DNA of 64,000 bases from Gemmatimonadota bacterium. GTDB lineage: Bacteria; Gemmatimonadota; Gemmatimonadetes; Palauibacterales; Palauibacteraceae. The notes beneath the pieces are model-generated. The model did not search any database. It was not told where the DNA came from and saw nothing but the letters and a program-made list of their open reading frames with translations. The stretch lies in NCBI GenBank assembly GCA_039588275.1, contig JBDHAC010000010.1:32001-96000 (forward strand). The letters are read 5' to 3'. The translations under genes were made by a program, and so were the position numbers. Below are positions 28,424-38,886 of this stretch, in pieces. Every line of letters begins with the position of its first letter. Within the stretch, counting starts at the first letter, position 1.

Positions 28424-30787
28424 TCAGACAGCAAGCGGCCAGATGATCGGTAGGACGAATAGAACCACCAGGAGGAGGACGATCACCTGCGGGATTCCCA
28501 CCTTCGCGTAGTCGGCGACGCGGTATCCACCCACACCCATGACCAACAGGTTCACAGGGTGCCCAAACGGACTCATGAACGCTGCCGACGCCCCCACCGC
28601 CACGACCATCATCAACGCATAGGGCGACACGCCTACCTCTGCGGCGGTGTTGAGCGCGATGGGCGACATGAGGACCGCTACCGCCGCCGTGGGAATGAAC
28701 TGCGCGGCCAGAGCGGTTACCATGAACAGTCCACCCAGGAGCGCCATCGGTCCGAGCTCCGCCGCGCGTCCGAGAACGCTGCGGGCAATGAGGGTCGCGG
28801 TCCCCGACTCCTGCATCGCTACCCCGAGCGCCAGCATCCCGCCGATCAGAAGGATGACCTTCCACTGAACGGCCTCGTAGGCCTCATCCGCGGTCATGCA
28901 ACCCGTGAATACCATCATCAGCGCCCCCGCGGGCGCTGCGATGAAGATCGGTAGCAGCCCCGTGGACGCCGACAGCACGACGGCCGCCATGATCGAGAGC
29001 GCCAGGGGTGCCCTCGGTGCGCGGAATATCTCGCGCATCTCCTCGGTGAGCACGAGGAATCCGGGATCTCGCGCCAAGAGTCGCAGCCTGGCCCGCTCGC
29101 CGTACACGAGGAGCGCATCCCCGAAGCGCAGCGGCATCGATCGCACCTCGACGCTCGAGTGGTACGAGCGCCCACCTCGCCAGATGGCGAGCACGCTCAA
29201 CCCGTATTTCTCCCGGAAGAAGAGTTCCTTGAGGGACCTGCCGGCGAGCGTGGCACGCGGAGCCAAGGTCAGCTCGGCAAACCCGACTTTCTCCGACTCC
29301 AACTCACCGATGCCTGGCGCCGTCGGGCGGAGCTCGAGGTCGACCAGCGAGTCCAAGACGAGGAAGTTGTCCCTCCGCCCCTCTACCACGAGCACGTCCC
29401 CGGCCTTCAGCCGCGTCCCGGGGCTAGGGAGCACGATGCCCTTCCCGTCTCGTTGGATCTCCAACACCGCGAGATCGAACGCCCGTCGCAGGCGGGTTTC
29501 CTCGAGCGTGTGTCCCTCGAGACGCGAGCCGGATGGGACCTCGAGGCGCAGCAGCCAGCGGCTGAGCTGGTACCGCCGGGTCGCCTCATTCGCCGTGAGT
29601 CGTTGGATGTGGCAGAACTCCGACGCATAACGAAGCTGCTGAAGCTTGTCGCGCGTCCCGAGGACCACGAGCACGTCCCCCGCCTTGAGCTTGGTCTCGT
29701 GGATGCGGGCTCGCCGGACTGCACCTTCGCGCGCGATGGCCACCACATGCGCACGGTACCGATTGCGGAAGTCGATCTCGCCGAGCGTCTGTCCCGCGAT
29801 CGGCGAGTCGCCCGCGACTTCCATCTCGGCCAGATCTACCGGACCGGAAACGAGCTGTCCCGTAGACGGAGGCTCGCCACCGGGCTCGATGAAATGCCCC
29901 CAACCGCGCAGCGTCTCGAACGCCTCCGGTTGCCCGGCCGCCACCACACGGTCTCCCCCACGCAGCTTGAAGTTGGGTCGCGGGGCCAGGATCATTCGCC
30001 CTTCGCGGCGCACGGCCAGGACGCCGAGCCCGAGCGCGAGTCCGAGGCGGCAGTCTACGAGCGATCGACCCGCGAGCCCTGAATCCTGAGGCACGGAGAT
30101 CGTGAACAGCATCTCTTCTATCTCGTATTGGCCTCGCAAGTCGACGTCGGCGGACTCCCCCGAGCCCTCCGCATATCGGCGTGGGAGCAGGCGCCCACCG
30201 AACAGGACCATACACAGTGTGCCCGCCAACAGGACGGTGAGCCCCAGCGGGGTAAAGTCGAACATCTCGAACGGCTCGAGGCCCGCCTCGAACAGGGCTC
30301 CGGCGATCAGGATGTTGGGGGCCGTCCCGATGAGCGTGGTCATGCCTCCGAGCAGCGTGGCGAAGGCGAGCGGGATCAGCAGCCGCGATGGCGGTTGCCC
30401 GATCCGGCGTGCGATGTCGAGTACTACCGGCAGTAGAAGCGCCCCCACCGCGATGTTGTTCATGATCCCCGACAGGAGACCCGCGGTCATCATCAGGACG
30501 AACGTGATCCGGACGGCTGACGCGCCCGCGAGGCGGAGCACCTGGCGCCCGAGCAGGTTCGCGACCCCGGTGCGGTACAGGCCCCCGCTCAGCACAAGGA
30601 CGCCCGCGATCGTGACCACAGCGGGGTCCCCGAAGCCCTGGATGGCCTCGGTCGCCGGGATCGTGCCCGTTACCGCGAGGGTCACGAGGATGAGCAGGGC
30701 GATCATGTCGTACCGCACCCACTCGGTGACGAACAACACGACCGCCACCGCGACGATCGCCAGAACGAGGACCACGTCCGCCGTCAT
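28424..30787 (-). CDS. SLC13-family permease with TrkA-C (RCK_C) domains
   Basis: LSGIMNN, PSRLLIPL, GGMTTLIGTAPN, repeated SxLxGxxL...LxxGD domains, FMSPFGHPVN. Confidence 0.92.
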   Translation of the reverse strand: MTADVVLVLAIVAVAVVLFVTEWVRYDMIALLILVTLAVTGTIPATEAIQGFGDPAVVTIAGVLVLSGGLYRTGVANLLGRQVLRLAGASAVRITFVLMMTAGLLSGIMNNIAVGALLLPVVLDIARRIGQPPSRLLIPLAFATLLGGMTTLIGTAPNILIAGALFEAGLEPFEMFDFTPLGLTVLLAGTLCMVLFGGRLLPRRYAEGSGESADVDLRGQYEIEEMLFTISVPQDSGLAGRSLVDCRLGLALGLGVLAVRREGRMILAPRPNFKLRGGDRVVAAGQPEAFETLRGWGHFIEPGGEPPSTGQLVSGPVDLAEMEVAGDSPIAGQTLGEIDFRNRYRAHVVAIAREGAVRRARIHETKLKAGDVLVVLGTRDKLQQLRYASEFCHIQRLTANEATRRYQLSRWLLRLEVPSGSRLEGHTLEETRLRRAFDLAVLEIQRDGKGIVLPSPGTRLKAGDVLVVEGRRDNFLVLDSLVDLELRPTAPGIGELESEKVGFAELTLAPRATLAGRSLKELFFREKYGLSVLAIWRGGRSYHSSVEVRSMPLRFGDALLVYGERARLRLLARDPGFLVLTEEMREIFRAPRAPLALSIMAAVVLSASTGLLPIFIAAPAGALMMVFTGCMTADEAYEAVQWKVILLIGGMLALGVAMQESGTATLIARSVLGRAAELGPMALLGGLFMVTALAAQFIPTAAVAVLMSPIALNTAAEVGVSPYALMMVVAVGASAAFMSPFGHPVNLLVMGVGGYRVADYAKVGIPQVIVLLLVVLFVLPIIWPLAV

Positions 30788-30850
30788 GGGCTGAAGAGCG
30801 GTCCCGCGTGGAGGTTGCGTACCACCGGCAGTCCGCCTAAACCGGCCCGG

Positions 30851-32779
30851 TCAGCGCTCGACCTCGAACGCGAGCAATACGTTGCCGGAGATCTGCCCGA
30901 AGAGCCCATATCCGGAGTTCACGAGCAGCATGCCGCGCGATACCACAGGACCCGGGCCGTCGAGCGCACCTCCCCGCCCCGGAATCCCGTTGGCGGTCTC
31001 GAACTCGCGCACGGTGTCGAAGTCCCACAGCACGGACCCGTCCTCGGTCGAATACGCCCGCAGGTGACCGTCCAGGCTCCCCGAGAGGACCGCACCGGGG
31101 ATCGCCGTGGGCGCGGCTGAGAGGGCCGGGACGCAACCCTCCCTGTTGGCACACGCCGATGGATCCGCGGGGGCGCTCCACAGCACCTCGCCACTCCCGA
31201 GATCCAGGGCGTAGAGACCCGGGGAGGCCGGGAAGTCCGGCTCGATCCCCATCATTCCGGCAGGCGTGTCCGAGTTCGGCGCGTAGACGCGCTCTCCGTC
31301 ACTCGCGAGCCCCCAGTGCACGCCGCCGAGGGCGCTCCCCTTCCCGACCTTCGTGGCCCACAAGACCTCACCGTCCGTGTCCGGGTCCAGGGCCCACACG
31401 ACACCCGACTTCTGGCCGGCCACGAGGATCTCTTTCCCGCCCGGCTCGGTCACGAGGACGGGGGCCATGCCAAAATCCACATCCGGACCGATGGGATCGG
31501 GACAATTCTCATCCTGCGGCGAGCCGCACGACAGATTCCACGAATCGTCGCTCGTCCCCTGGTACGACCACGCGAGCTCCCCGGTGAGCAGATCGAGGGC
31601 GAGGATCGCATCGCTGTACTCGGTCGATGGACGGGTGTAGTTCTCGCCCGTCCCCACGTACAGCAGGCCGCGCTGCACGTCCACCGTGGGGCTGGACCAG
31701 ACCGGCGCCCCCGATGGCGCGAACGTCCTGGCTCCGGCGGCGTTCGTCCCCACCTCGCGCGGCTCCTCGCGGATCGCGCGGTGGCGCCAGACCTCGACCC
31801 CACTCGCCACTTCGAGCGCGATCACCTCGCCCGATGACGTGCAGCACTCGTATTCGGGGTTCCCGGCCGTCGCGACCTCCATCGAGGAGACCGGCACGTA
31901 TACGCGGCCGTCATGGAGCGCGACGGTCCCTGTGTTGCTGGCCTCCGGGTGCGAGCCCACGCGAGTCGTCCACAGGAGCTCGCCGGTGGCGGCGTCCAGG
32001 GCGTATACGTCCGTGCGAAAGTCGGCGAAGAACGCGGACTGCCGCCGATCAGGTCCCTCGCCGATGACGATCCCCCCCCGGACCGCGGCACCGGCCGCGA
32101 ACACCCAATGGGCGCAGCCGGTCTCGAGGTCTAGCGAATAAACCTCTCCGAACTGGCTGCCGACCAGAATCCGATCACCGACTACCGCGGGCTTCGAGCG
32201 CACCTGCACGGCATCCGGGAACCCGAACGCCCACTTGAGCCTCAGCTGCGGCAAATCCTCGACCGTGAGGCCCGCCTGGCCGGTCGTTCGGAATCCCGTG
32301 GCCTCCGGATTCCCTCCCCAGCCCGACCAATGGACCGCCTCGGCTCCCGTCACCTCGTCCGAGGACGCGCAGTATGCAGCGTCCGGGAGCGGTGTCTCGA
32401 CGAGCATACGACCGGTGAGCCATTGCGCCACGGCCACGCGCTCCTCATCCGAAAGCTCGTCACCATGGACCTGCATCCGCCCTTCCTCGAGCGCGTCCAC
32501 GATGGCGCGCGGCGACATGCCGGAGAGCGCCGTATAACCCGGGGCGCGAGCCGGGCCGGCGCCGGCGTGGCACTGGCCGCAGACCGTTCCGAACACCTGC
32601 CCGCCCAACCCGGGAGCGGGGGTCGCACCCAACGAGATCCCGGGGGCTTCTGAGCTCACGGACAGTGCCTCCTCCGGGGCTTCTGGCGCGTCCGCCTCCG
32701 GTGGCGGGGCGCCCTCACCGCAGGCCGCCAGAGTGATCAACGCAAACGCTGACAGCAGGGATGGGACACGTCGGTTCAT
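30851..32779 (-). CDS. Quinohemoprotein PQQ dehydrogenase with N-terminal cytochrome c (polyvinyl-alcohol dehydrogenase-like), lipoprotein
   Basis: Lipobox LAAC; CGQCH heme motif; LKWAFG, YECCT vicinal Cys, GAPVWSSP, GPDVDFG, GQKSG. Confidence 0.9.
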   Translation of the reverse strand: MNRRVPSLLSAFALITLAACGEGAPPPEADAPEAPEEALSVSSEAPGISLGATPAPGLGGQVFGTVCGQCHAGAGPARAPGYTALSGMSPRAIVDALEEGRMQVHGDELSDEERVAVAQWLTGRMLVETPLPDAAYCASSDEVTGAEAVHWSGWGGNPEATGFRTTGQAGLTVEDLPQLRLKWAFGFPDAVQVRSKPAVVGDRILVGSQFGEVYSLDLETGCAHWVFAAGAAVRGGIVIGEGPDRRQSAFFADFRTDVYALDAATGELLWTTRVGSHPEASNTGTVALHDGRVYVPVSSMEVATAGNPEYECCTSSGEVIALEVASGVEVWRHRAIREEPREVGTNAAGARTFAPSGAPVWSSPTVDVQRGLLYVGTGENYTRPSTEYSDAILALDLLTGELAWSYQGTSDDSWNLSCGSPQDENCPDPIGPDVDFGMAPVLVTEPGGKEILVAGQKSGVVWALDPDTDGEVLWATKVGKGSALGGVHWGLASDGERVYAPNSDTPAGMMGIEPDFPASPGLYALDLGSGEVLWSAPADPSACANREGCVPALSAAPTAIPGAVLSGSLDGHLRAYSTEDGSVLWDFDTVREFETANGIPGRGGALDGPGPVVSRGMLLVNSGYGLFGQISGNVLLAFEVER

Positions 32780-33135
32780 CGTCGCTTCTCCTGATCTTCT
32801 CGGTCAAACCGCCCTCGCGCGGGAGCATCGCAGACTCGCGCCTCTACCGTATCCCCCCGCACGCCACCCGCGCTACCCGCGCCCGGACCGCGTGACTGCC
32901 GGGGCGGCACGGTCTGCGCGACCCTCCTCGTTTGTCCTCCGACGCCGCACCATTCTAGATTACCGTCCCACAGGCGGGATCGTGCGACCCGCCTCGAGGG
33001 ACCGCGGCGCGCTGTGAGGTCGGGGCGCGCCCCCCCTGGGTTGACCGGACTCCACATTCCGGCTCGGTGCCGCGTCCCATTCATCATCCATCGTCATTCG
33101 GCGTTACTCCGTCGAACCGGAAAAAGGAGACCTCC

Positions 33136-33894
33136 ATGAGACGCTTCGCACCCATGGCCGCCCTCTTCGGAGCCGCGTTGGCGATCGGCTTCGCGCCGAT
33201 CGCAGCGCAGGAAGAGGAGGCCGACCCCTACGTCCGCGAGAGCTACTGGCAGATCGGCTTCGCGGATCTCGAGGGCTGGATCGACGCCTATACGGACTAC
33301 GTCGTTCCGGCGCTCGCCAGCATGCAGGAAGAGGGACTGATCAACGGGTTCACTGCCGGCCAACACAACACCGGTGGAAAGTACAATTTCCGCTTCGTGA
33401 TGATCGTGCCCGATTGGGGCTCGATCGATACCGCCCTGGAGGCGCTGAACAGCAAGATGGCAGAGGCCGGGACTCCCGACTTCAGCGGCATGATCCAGGC
33501 GCACGAGGATCACATCTGGCGCCTCACCGACCTCTATCAGAGGGAGGGCGCGGACCCCAACCAGCACCTCTACATCGCCAAGTTCAACGTCCGCCCCTCC
33601 GAATTGGAGATGTGGAACACATACTACGACGAGGTGTGGAGACCCGCGCTGATGGGCGCGACCGAAGCCGGCACCATGAACGGGTTCGCGGTCGAGCAGC
33701 ACGAGCACGGCGGGGCCATGAACTGGCAGCTCCTGCTCCTCATGCCCGATTGGGATTCGATCGACGATGCGTGGGCCGCCCAGTTCGCCGCGTTCGAGGC
33801 CTCGGGAGAGCGGTTCACGGCGCTCGCGCGGGCGTTCACCGCGCACGAAGACGACATCTGGGATACGATCTCGGTCGAGACCGGAAGCAACTAG
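33136..33894 (+). CDS. Secreted hypothetical protein with two internal repeats (NIPSNAP/dimeric alpha-beta-like)
   Basis: AGGAG RBS; signal peptide; repeats HNTGG...PDWGSID...HEDHIW and HEHGG...PDWDSID...HEDDIW. Confidence 0.8.
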   Translation: MRRFAPMAALFGAALAIGFAPIAAQEEEADPYVRESYWQIGFADLEGWIDAYTDYVVPALASMQEEGLINGFTAGQHNTGGKYNFRFVMIVPDWGSIDTALEALNSKMAEAGTPDFSGMIQAHEDHIWRLTDLYQREGADPNQHLYIAKFNVRPSELEMWNTYYDEVWRPALMGATEAGTMNGFAVEQHEHGGAMNWQLLLLMPDWDSIDDAWAAQFAAFEASGERFTALARAFTAHEDDIWDTISVETGSN

Positions 33895-33907
33895 TCGCCC
33901 TGGCGAG

Positions 33908-35341
33908 TTATCGAGCCGCTGTGCCGGAGGGCGGCTCGAACCTCGCTGGCTTCAGCCCGGCTCGTCTTGCGCCTTCGGCGCGCGCGCGCCGGATGGCCCG
34001 CAGGTAGGGGTGGTAATCCACCTCCATCGTGTGTCGGCTGGACTCGACGAAGCGGCTTCGCAGACAGCGCTCGGATCCGTCGATCGCGGCACGCATCTGG
34101 TCAGGCGAAGGCGGTCGCGCGATCACCTGCACGAGGTCCGCGACCCACTCCGCTTGCGCCTCGGCGAGGGGCGGAATCGCTCCAAGCGGTTGGATGAGTC
34201 CGAGGAAATAGACCCCGCCGCGCTCGGGCGGGACGACGTGCAGGTAGAGCGGGAGCCGATTGTCGGTCGCGACGCCGCCCGCCTCGAGGGCCGGCAGGAA
34301 GCCTTCGTCCAGGAACGGGAACGAAACGCGGTAGCCCGTGGCGTAGATCACGACACCGACCGTCTCCTGCGTGCCGTCGACGAAATGAACCTCGTCACCG
34401 GCCAACCGTTCGACATTCGGTTTCACCACGATCCGGCCCTCTCCGGCAAGCCGCGTCAGATCCTGCGAGATCGTGGGATGCTCCTGCCCGAGACGGTGGC
34501 GCGGGCGCGGGACGCCGAGTCGCGCCTGGTCGCCATATGCGAGCCGCACCAATGCTCCGATGAGGGCCGTCTGCGCGCGGATCGGGAGACGCGAGGTGAG
34601 GGGCGTAATCCAGTGGTCCAGCGGGCGACCGAAGAGGTACTTGGGTAACACGTGCGCGCCGCGCCGCGTGGACAGGACGGTTCGTGCGGCAACCCCGGCC
34701 GCCTCGCACGCGATGTCGCACGCCGAGTTGCCGATCCCGACGACCAGCACACGACGACCTTCCAGGCGCACCGGGCGCTCGGGGCTCCGGTAAGCGTGCG
34801 AGTGCATCTCCAGGCCGTTGAAATGTCCCGGCCGGCCGGCCGACTTCTCGCCGCGGCTTCCCGGGAACCACGGCCAACTCGGGTCCCAGTGGTGCCCGCT
34901 CGCGATGAGGACGGCCCCGTATCGGCGAACCTCCGTCTCTCCCGTCCGGAGCGAGCGCACGGCCACGTCGTACGGTCCCTCTCGATCGTCTTCTTCACCC
35001 ACCGGTGAGACCCGCACCACCTGGGTGCGAAACGTGATGGAATCCGCGAGACCGAAGTGGTCGGTGAAGGCGTCGAAGTAGTCGGCGAGCTCGGAGTTGT
35101 GAGGATAGGGGGAGTCGCCCTCGGGCATCGGAAAGCAGGCGTACCCGGTGCGATCGCGTGATGTGTTGGTCTGGAGCGACGCGTACGCCGGCGAGCGGCC
35201 GGTGTCATTCTCGTATCGCCACAACCCGCCGACCTGGGAGCCCAGCTCGAAGCAATCGAACGGCACGCCGCGCTCCCGGAGGACCTTGGCCGCTACGACG
35301 CCGGAGGAGCCGGCACCGATGATACACACGCGATCGGTCAT
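33908..35341 (-). CDS. Flavin-containing monooxygenase (class B FMO)
   Basis: GAGSSG, GGLW, FNGLEMHSHAY (FxGxxxHxxxY), GIGNSA, ATGY. Confidence 0.93.
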   Translation of the reverse strand: MTDRVCIIGAGSSGVVAAKVLRERGVPFDCFELGSQVGGLWRYENDTGRSPAYASLQTNTSRDRTGYACFPMPEGDSPYPHNSELADYFDAFTDHFGLADSITFRTQVVRVSPVGEEDDREGPYDVAVRSLRTGETEVRRYGAVLIASGHHWDPSWPWFPGSRGEKSAGRPGHFNGLEMHSHAYRSPERPVRLEGRRVLVVGIGNSACDIACEAAGVAARTVLSTRRGAHVLPKYLFGRPLDHWITPLTSRLPIRAQTALIGALVRLAYGDQARLGVPRPRHRLGQEHPTISQDLTRLAGEGRIVVKPNVERLAGDEVHFVDGTQETVGVVIYATGYRVSFPFLDEGFLPALEAGGVATDNRLPLYLHVVPPERGGVYFLGLIQPLGAIPPLAEAQAEWVADLVQVIARPPSPDQMRAAIDGSERCLRSRFVESSRHTMEVDYHPYLRAIRRARAEGARRAGLKPARFEPPSGTAAR

Positions 35342-35481
35342 GGCGCGGGTATTCTTGCCGATGTGACTCGCGGGCGCCATGTGCGGCCCGTCCGACGGAC
35401 GGGGCCCGGATGGCCGCGGAGCGGGAGGGTCGGGCCGAACCGCAGGTCTACGGGCAGCCGGGAGGGACCGCCCGTCTGGGC

Positions 35482-35895
35482 TCAGGAGCCGATCTGGGCG
35501 GTGAAGCTGCTCGCGCTCAGAAGCCGGTTCATGTCATCGGCCACTTCGACCACCTGAGCGGTATACGTCGACGCTTGCCTTACGTCCGGGACCTGGATCC
35601 GAGCAACCGGACCCGACGCGACGGCGCCGATCAGTATCAATCGCAGCCCGGGACCGGTCGCGATGTGAAAGAGAAGGTGGCTGTCGTTGACGGCGGTCGG
35701 GCTCGAAGCCTGTCCCACGATCTCGATCAGGAACGCGTGCCCCTGCCCGCCCGATGCCTGGATGGAGAGCGTCAGCGTACCTGGCTGCGGCGTGTCCGGC
35801 TCCACGATGGCGGTCGGCTTGCAGCCCGCCAGCAGTATCACCAGGCCGAGGGCCGCCGGACGACCCAATCCGAGACACACCGATCTGATGCTCAA
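35482..35895 (-). CDS. Small, apparently all-beta lipoprotein (possibly cohesin-like)
   Basis: TTG start 4 nt after the upstream stop; lipobox LLAGC; about 110-aa beta-strand pattern. Confidence 0.75.
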   Translation of the reverse strand: MSIRSVCLGLGRPAALGLVILLAGCKPTAIVEPDTPQPGTLTLSIQASGGQGHAFLIEIVGQASSPTAVNDSHLLFHIATGPGLRLILIGAVASGPVARIQVPDVRQASTYTAQVVEVADDMNRLLSASSFTAQIGS

Positions 35896-35899
35896 CTCA

Positions 35900-38124
35900 T
35901 TACCCTCCCGGAATGGTGGAGGCAAGTAGACCCAACATCTGCACGTATGCCCGGAAATCGCCTACATCGTAGCGACCGTTCTGGTTTCCGATGGAGTCCA
36001 GGAAGGCCACCACATCCGGCGTCAGCGCATTGGGCCCCAGGAGACTGTTGGCGGCTTCGCCGACCGTCGGCTGCCGGAGCGCGGCCGCTACGCCGAGCGT
36101 CACGGCAGCCGTTTGCGGCGAATTACTTGCAGCCGGGTCCGAGATCGTGATGGTGGCGGCGTAGCTTCCGGGGCCGAGGTCCGAGCTGTTCACCGAAACC
36201 GTGATCGTCTGCGACTGTCCCGCTCCCCGCGCCCCTGTCTCTGGGCTGAGGCTCACCCAGGTCTGATCCGTCACCGCCCGCCAGTTGAGCGTTCCGCCCC
36301 CGAGGTTCGTGACTGTGAGCGGCTGATCGGCGGGGTCGCTCCCCTCGTCAGCCGAATAGGTGAGCGCGTTCGGTGCTACCCCGATCGCCGGCGATGACGA
36401 GACCGCCAAGTTGACGACGACGACTTGAGGGGAGTTACTCGCGCCCGTGTCGCTGATCGTGACCGCGCCCGCGTAGTTGCCTGCCGCCAGGTTGGCGCTG
36501 CCCACACGGACGGTCACCGCCTGCGACTGGCCAGAGGTCAGAGAGCCGCCCTTCGGGCTTACGCTCAACCACGGTTGGTTGACCGCCGCTCCCCAATTGA
36601 GCGTGCCGCCTCCCGTGTTTGTCACGGTGACGGTCTGGGTCGGCGGATCGCGCCCTATCTGAGCGTTGAAGCTGAGAGAGCCGGGGGAGAGACCGATCGC
36701 GGGGAGCGCGGACACGGTCAGATCGACCGTCACGATCTGAGGGCTGTTACTCGCGGCCGGGTCACTAATCGTCACCGTCCCCGTGTAACTGCCGGTCGCC
36801 AGGCCGGCACTTGTCACCGTGACCGTGACCACCTGTGATGCGCCAGACGTCAGTGACCCTGAGCTCGGGCTGGCGTTAAGCCAGCTCTGGTCGACCGTCG
36901 CGCTCCAGTTGAGGGTGTTGGTCCCCGTGTTCGTCACGGTGACGGTCTGGGTCGGCGGATCGGTCCCGACCTGCGCTGCAAACGTGAGCGTGTTCGGGCT
37001 CACGCCGATTGCCGGGGCTGAAAACACGGCCAGGTTCACGGTTACCGTCTGGGGGGAGTTGCTCGCGCCGGGATCGCTGATCGTGATGGTTCCGGCGTAG
37101 CCGCCAGCCGGGAGGTTCGCGCTGCTGACCATCACCGCGACGGCTTCGGACTGGCCGGCACCAAGCGACCCGCTGGTCGGGCTCACGCTGAGCCAACTCT
37201 GGTTCACGTTCGCAACCCAATTGAGCGTGCCACCCCCGGTGTTGGTGATCGTGATCGTCTGGCTTGGTGGATCCGTGCCCAGCGGGGTTCCGAATGTCAG
37301 CGTCGGCGGAGCCACCCCGATCGCGGGGAGCGCCGTCACCGTCAGGTCCACAGCCACGGTTTGGGGCGTGTTGCTGGCCGCCGGATCGCTCACGGTCACC
37401 GTGCCGCCGTACGTCCCCGCCGCCAGCCCGGAGCTCGTCACCGTCCGGAGCTCGTCACCGTCACGGTAATGTCCTCGGACGCGCCGGCCGCGAGCGAGCC
37501 CGAGCTGGGCGCCGCGTCGAGCCAGCCCTGGTCGACCGTGGCCGTCCAGTTGAGCGTTCCGCCACCCGTGTTGGTGACCGTCACGACCTGGGTCGGCGGA
37601 TCCGTCCCCACCGTGGCCGCATACGTCAGCGTCGTCGGGTTCAGACCGATGGCCGGGGCCGCCGTCACCGTTGCAGCGAGACTGTTGTTGGTCTCGTCGC
37701 TCTCCGTCTCCGCGTCGTTCACGTCCACGATCGCGCCCAGGAAATACGTGCCCGGGGTGACGCTGGGTACCACGAACGTGCCGACGTGGGAGTCCGACGC
37801 CCCCGGGGTCAGATCCGTATTCTGGACCCAGGTGTCGACGTGGATGTCCGCCGTGGTGATGGTCTGGTCCGTGGAGAGGTATATGCGACCCTGCCACGTG
37901 TTACTCGAGGTGGCCGTGCCCTGGTTCTCGTAGACGACGGTCGCCTGGATCGATTGCCCGATCTGAGCCGAGGCGGGTCCCGTGACGGAGGTTGGCACCA
38001 GATCGGGGCTCTGGGCTACCAGCGTCGCTGCGGCGAGCGTCGTGAGGGAGAGCCCGATCGCGGCCGGGCCGACGATATTCAGCAGAGCACCGCGTGCGCC
38101 GCGGGCCCGTTTGGAAAACGGCAC
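35900..38124 (-). pseudogene. Secreted CARDB + 5x BACON/Ig-like repeat protein with a dockerin-like C-terminus, frameshifted at about 37428-37461
   Basis: ORFs 37438-38124 and 35900-37897 join into one 735-aa ORF if one copy of the 17-bp duplication is removed. CARDB PDL...ENQG...ESDETNN; five TNTGGGTLNW...WL...SGSL units; LDSIGNQNGRYDVGDF. Confidence 0.85.
37428..37461. repeat. Exact 17-bp tandem duplication causing the frameshift
   Basis: CCGGAGCTCGTCACCGT at 37428-37444 and 37445-37461. Confidence 0.95.
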
Positions 38125-38447
38125 GTCAGGTCTATCCAGGGTACGTCGGGTACGTCCAGTTACGTCGGGTGCGCCAAAACGGCACCGCGCACCGGTACGT
38201 CACGGCCTCAGAGCGACCCCACGATCACCGCCGACCCGCTAAACCCTGCACGGTGAATCGGCCGGTCGCTAACGTCACTATAAAGCTAGCACGATTCGCC
38301 TGGACCTCCAAAACGCTCTTCGAGTCACATCGACCCCGCCCTTTGCGGCTCTTCCGGTCCTCGGTGGTTGACGCGCCCGGGCCGAGCGCGTATCTGGAGG
38401 CGTCTCTGGTCGCACCTTCCAGCCAACCCCTCACCAGGAGCATCTCG

Positions 38448-38741
38448 ATGAAGTTTCTCATCAGCTGGCGCGTTCACGACGACAAGCGACACGAAGTGCT
38501 GAAGGTCTTCTCCGCCATGACGGCCGAGGACGATCAGGCGGATGCGGGAGGAAGCATCAACGTCATCGGACGGTGGCACGACCTCGTTGGTTTCACGGGC
38601 GCCGCTATCTGCGAAACCGATGATCCCACGGCAGTCCACAAGTGGATCCTCAACTGGAACCACGTCTGCGACATCGAAGCGATCCCCGTACTGGACGACG
38701 AAGAGTGCAGGGCGGTCGGGCGTGAGAAGCTCGGCGACTGA
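38448..38741 (+). CDS. DUF3303-family small protein
   Basis: AGGAG RBS; MKFLISW...GRWH...G.AICETDD...W...W...PVLDDEE. Confidence 0.82.
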   Translation: MKFLISWRVHDDKRHEVLKVFSAMTAEDDQADAGGSINVIGRWHDLVGFTGAAICETDDPTAVHKWILNWNHVCDIEAIPVLDDEECRAVGREKLGD

Positions 38742-38886
38742 ATCACGATCGTGCCGCGACCGAACCTCAGCCCTACAACCCGCGTAGTGGCCCCGGCGCC
38801 GTAGCCGCGGCAAGGCGGGAGTGACTCGCAAGTGAGAGTGAACGGGGGACACGCCGCAGAGCGTGCCCCCGCTCGCCGCGAGAAGG

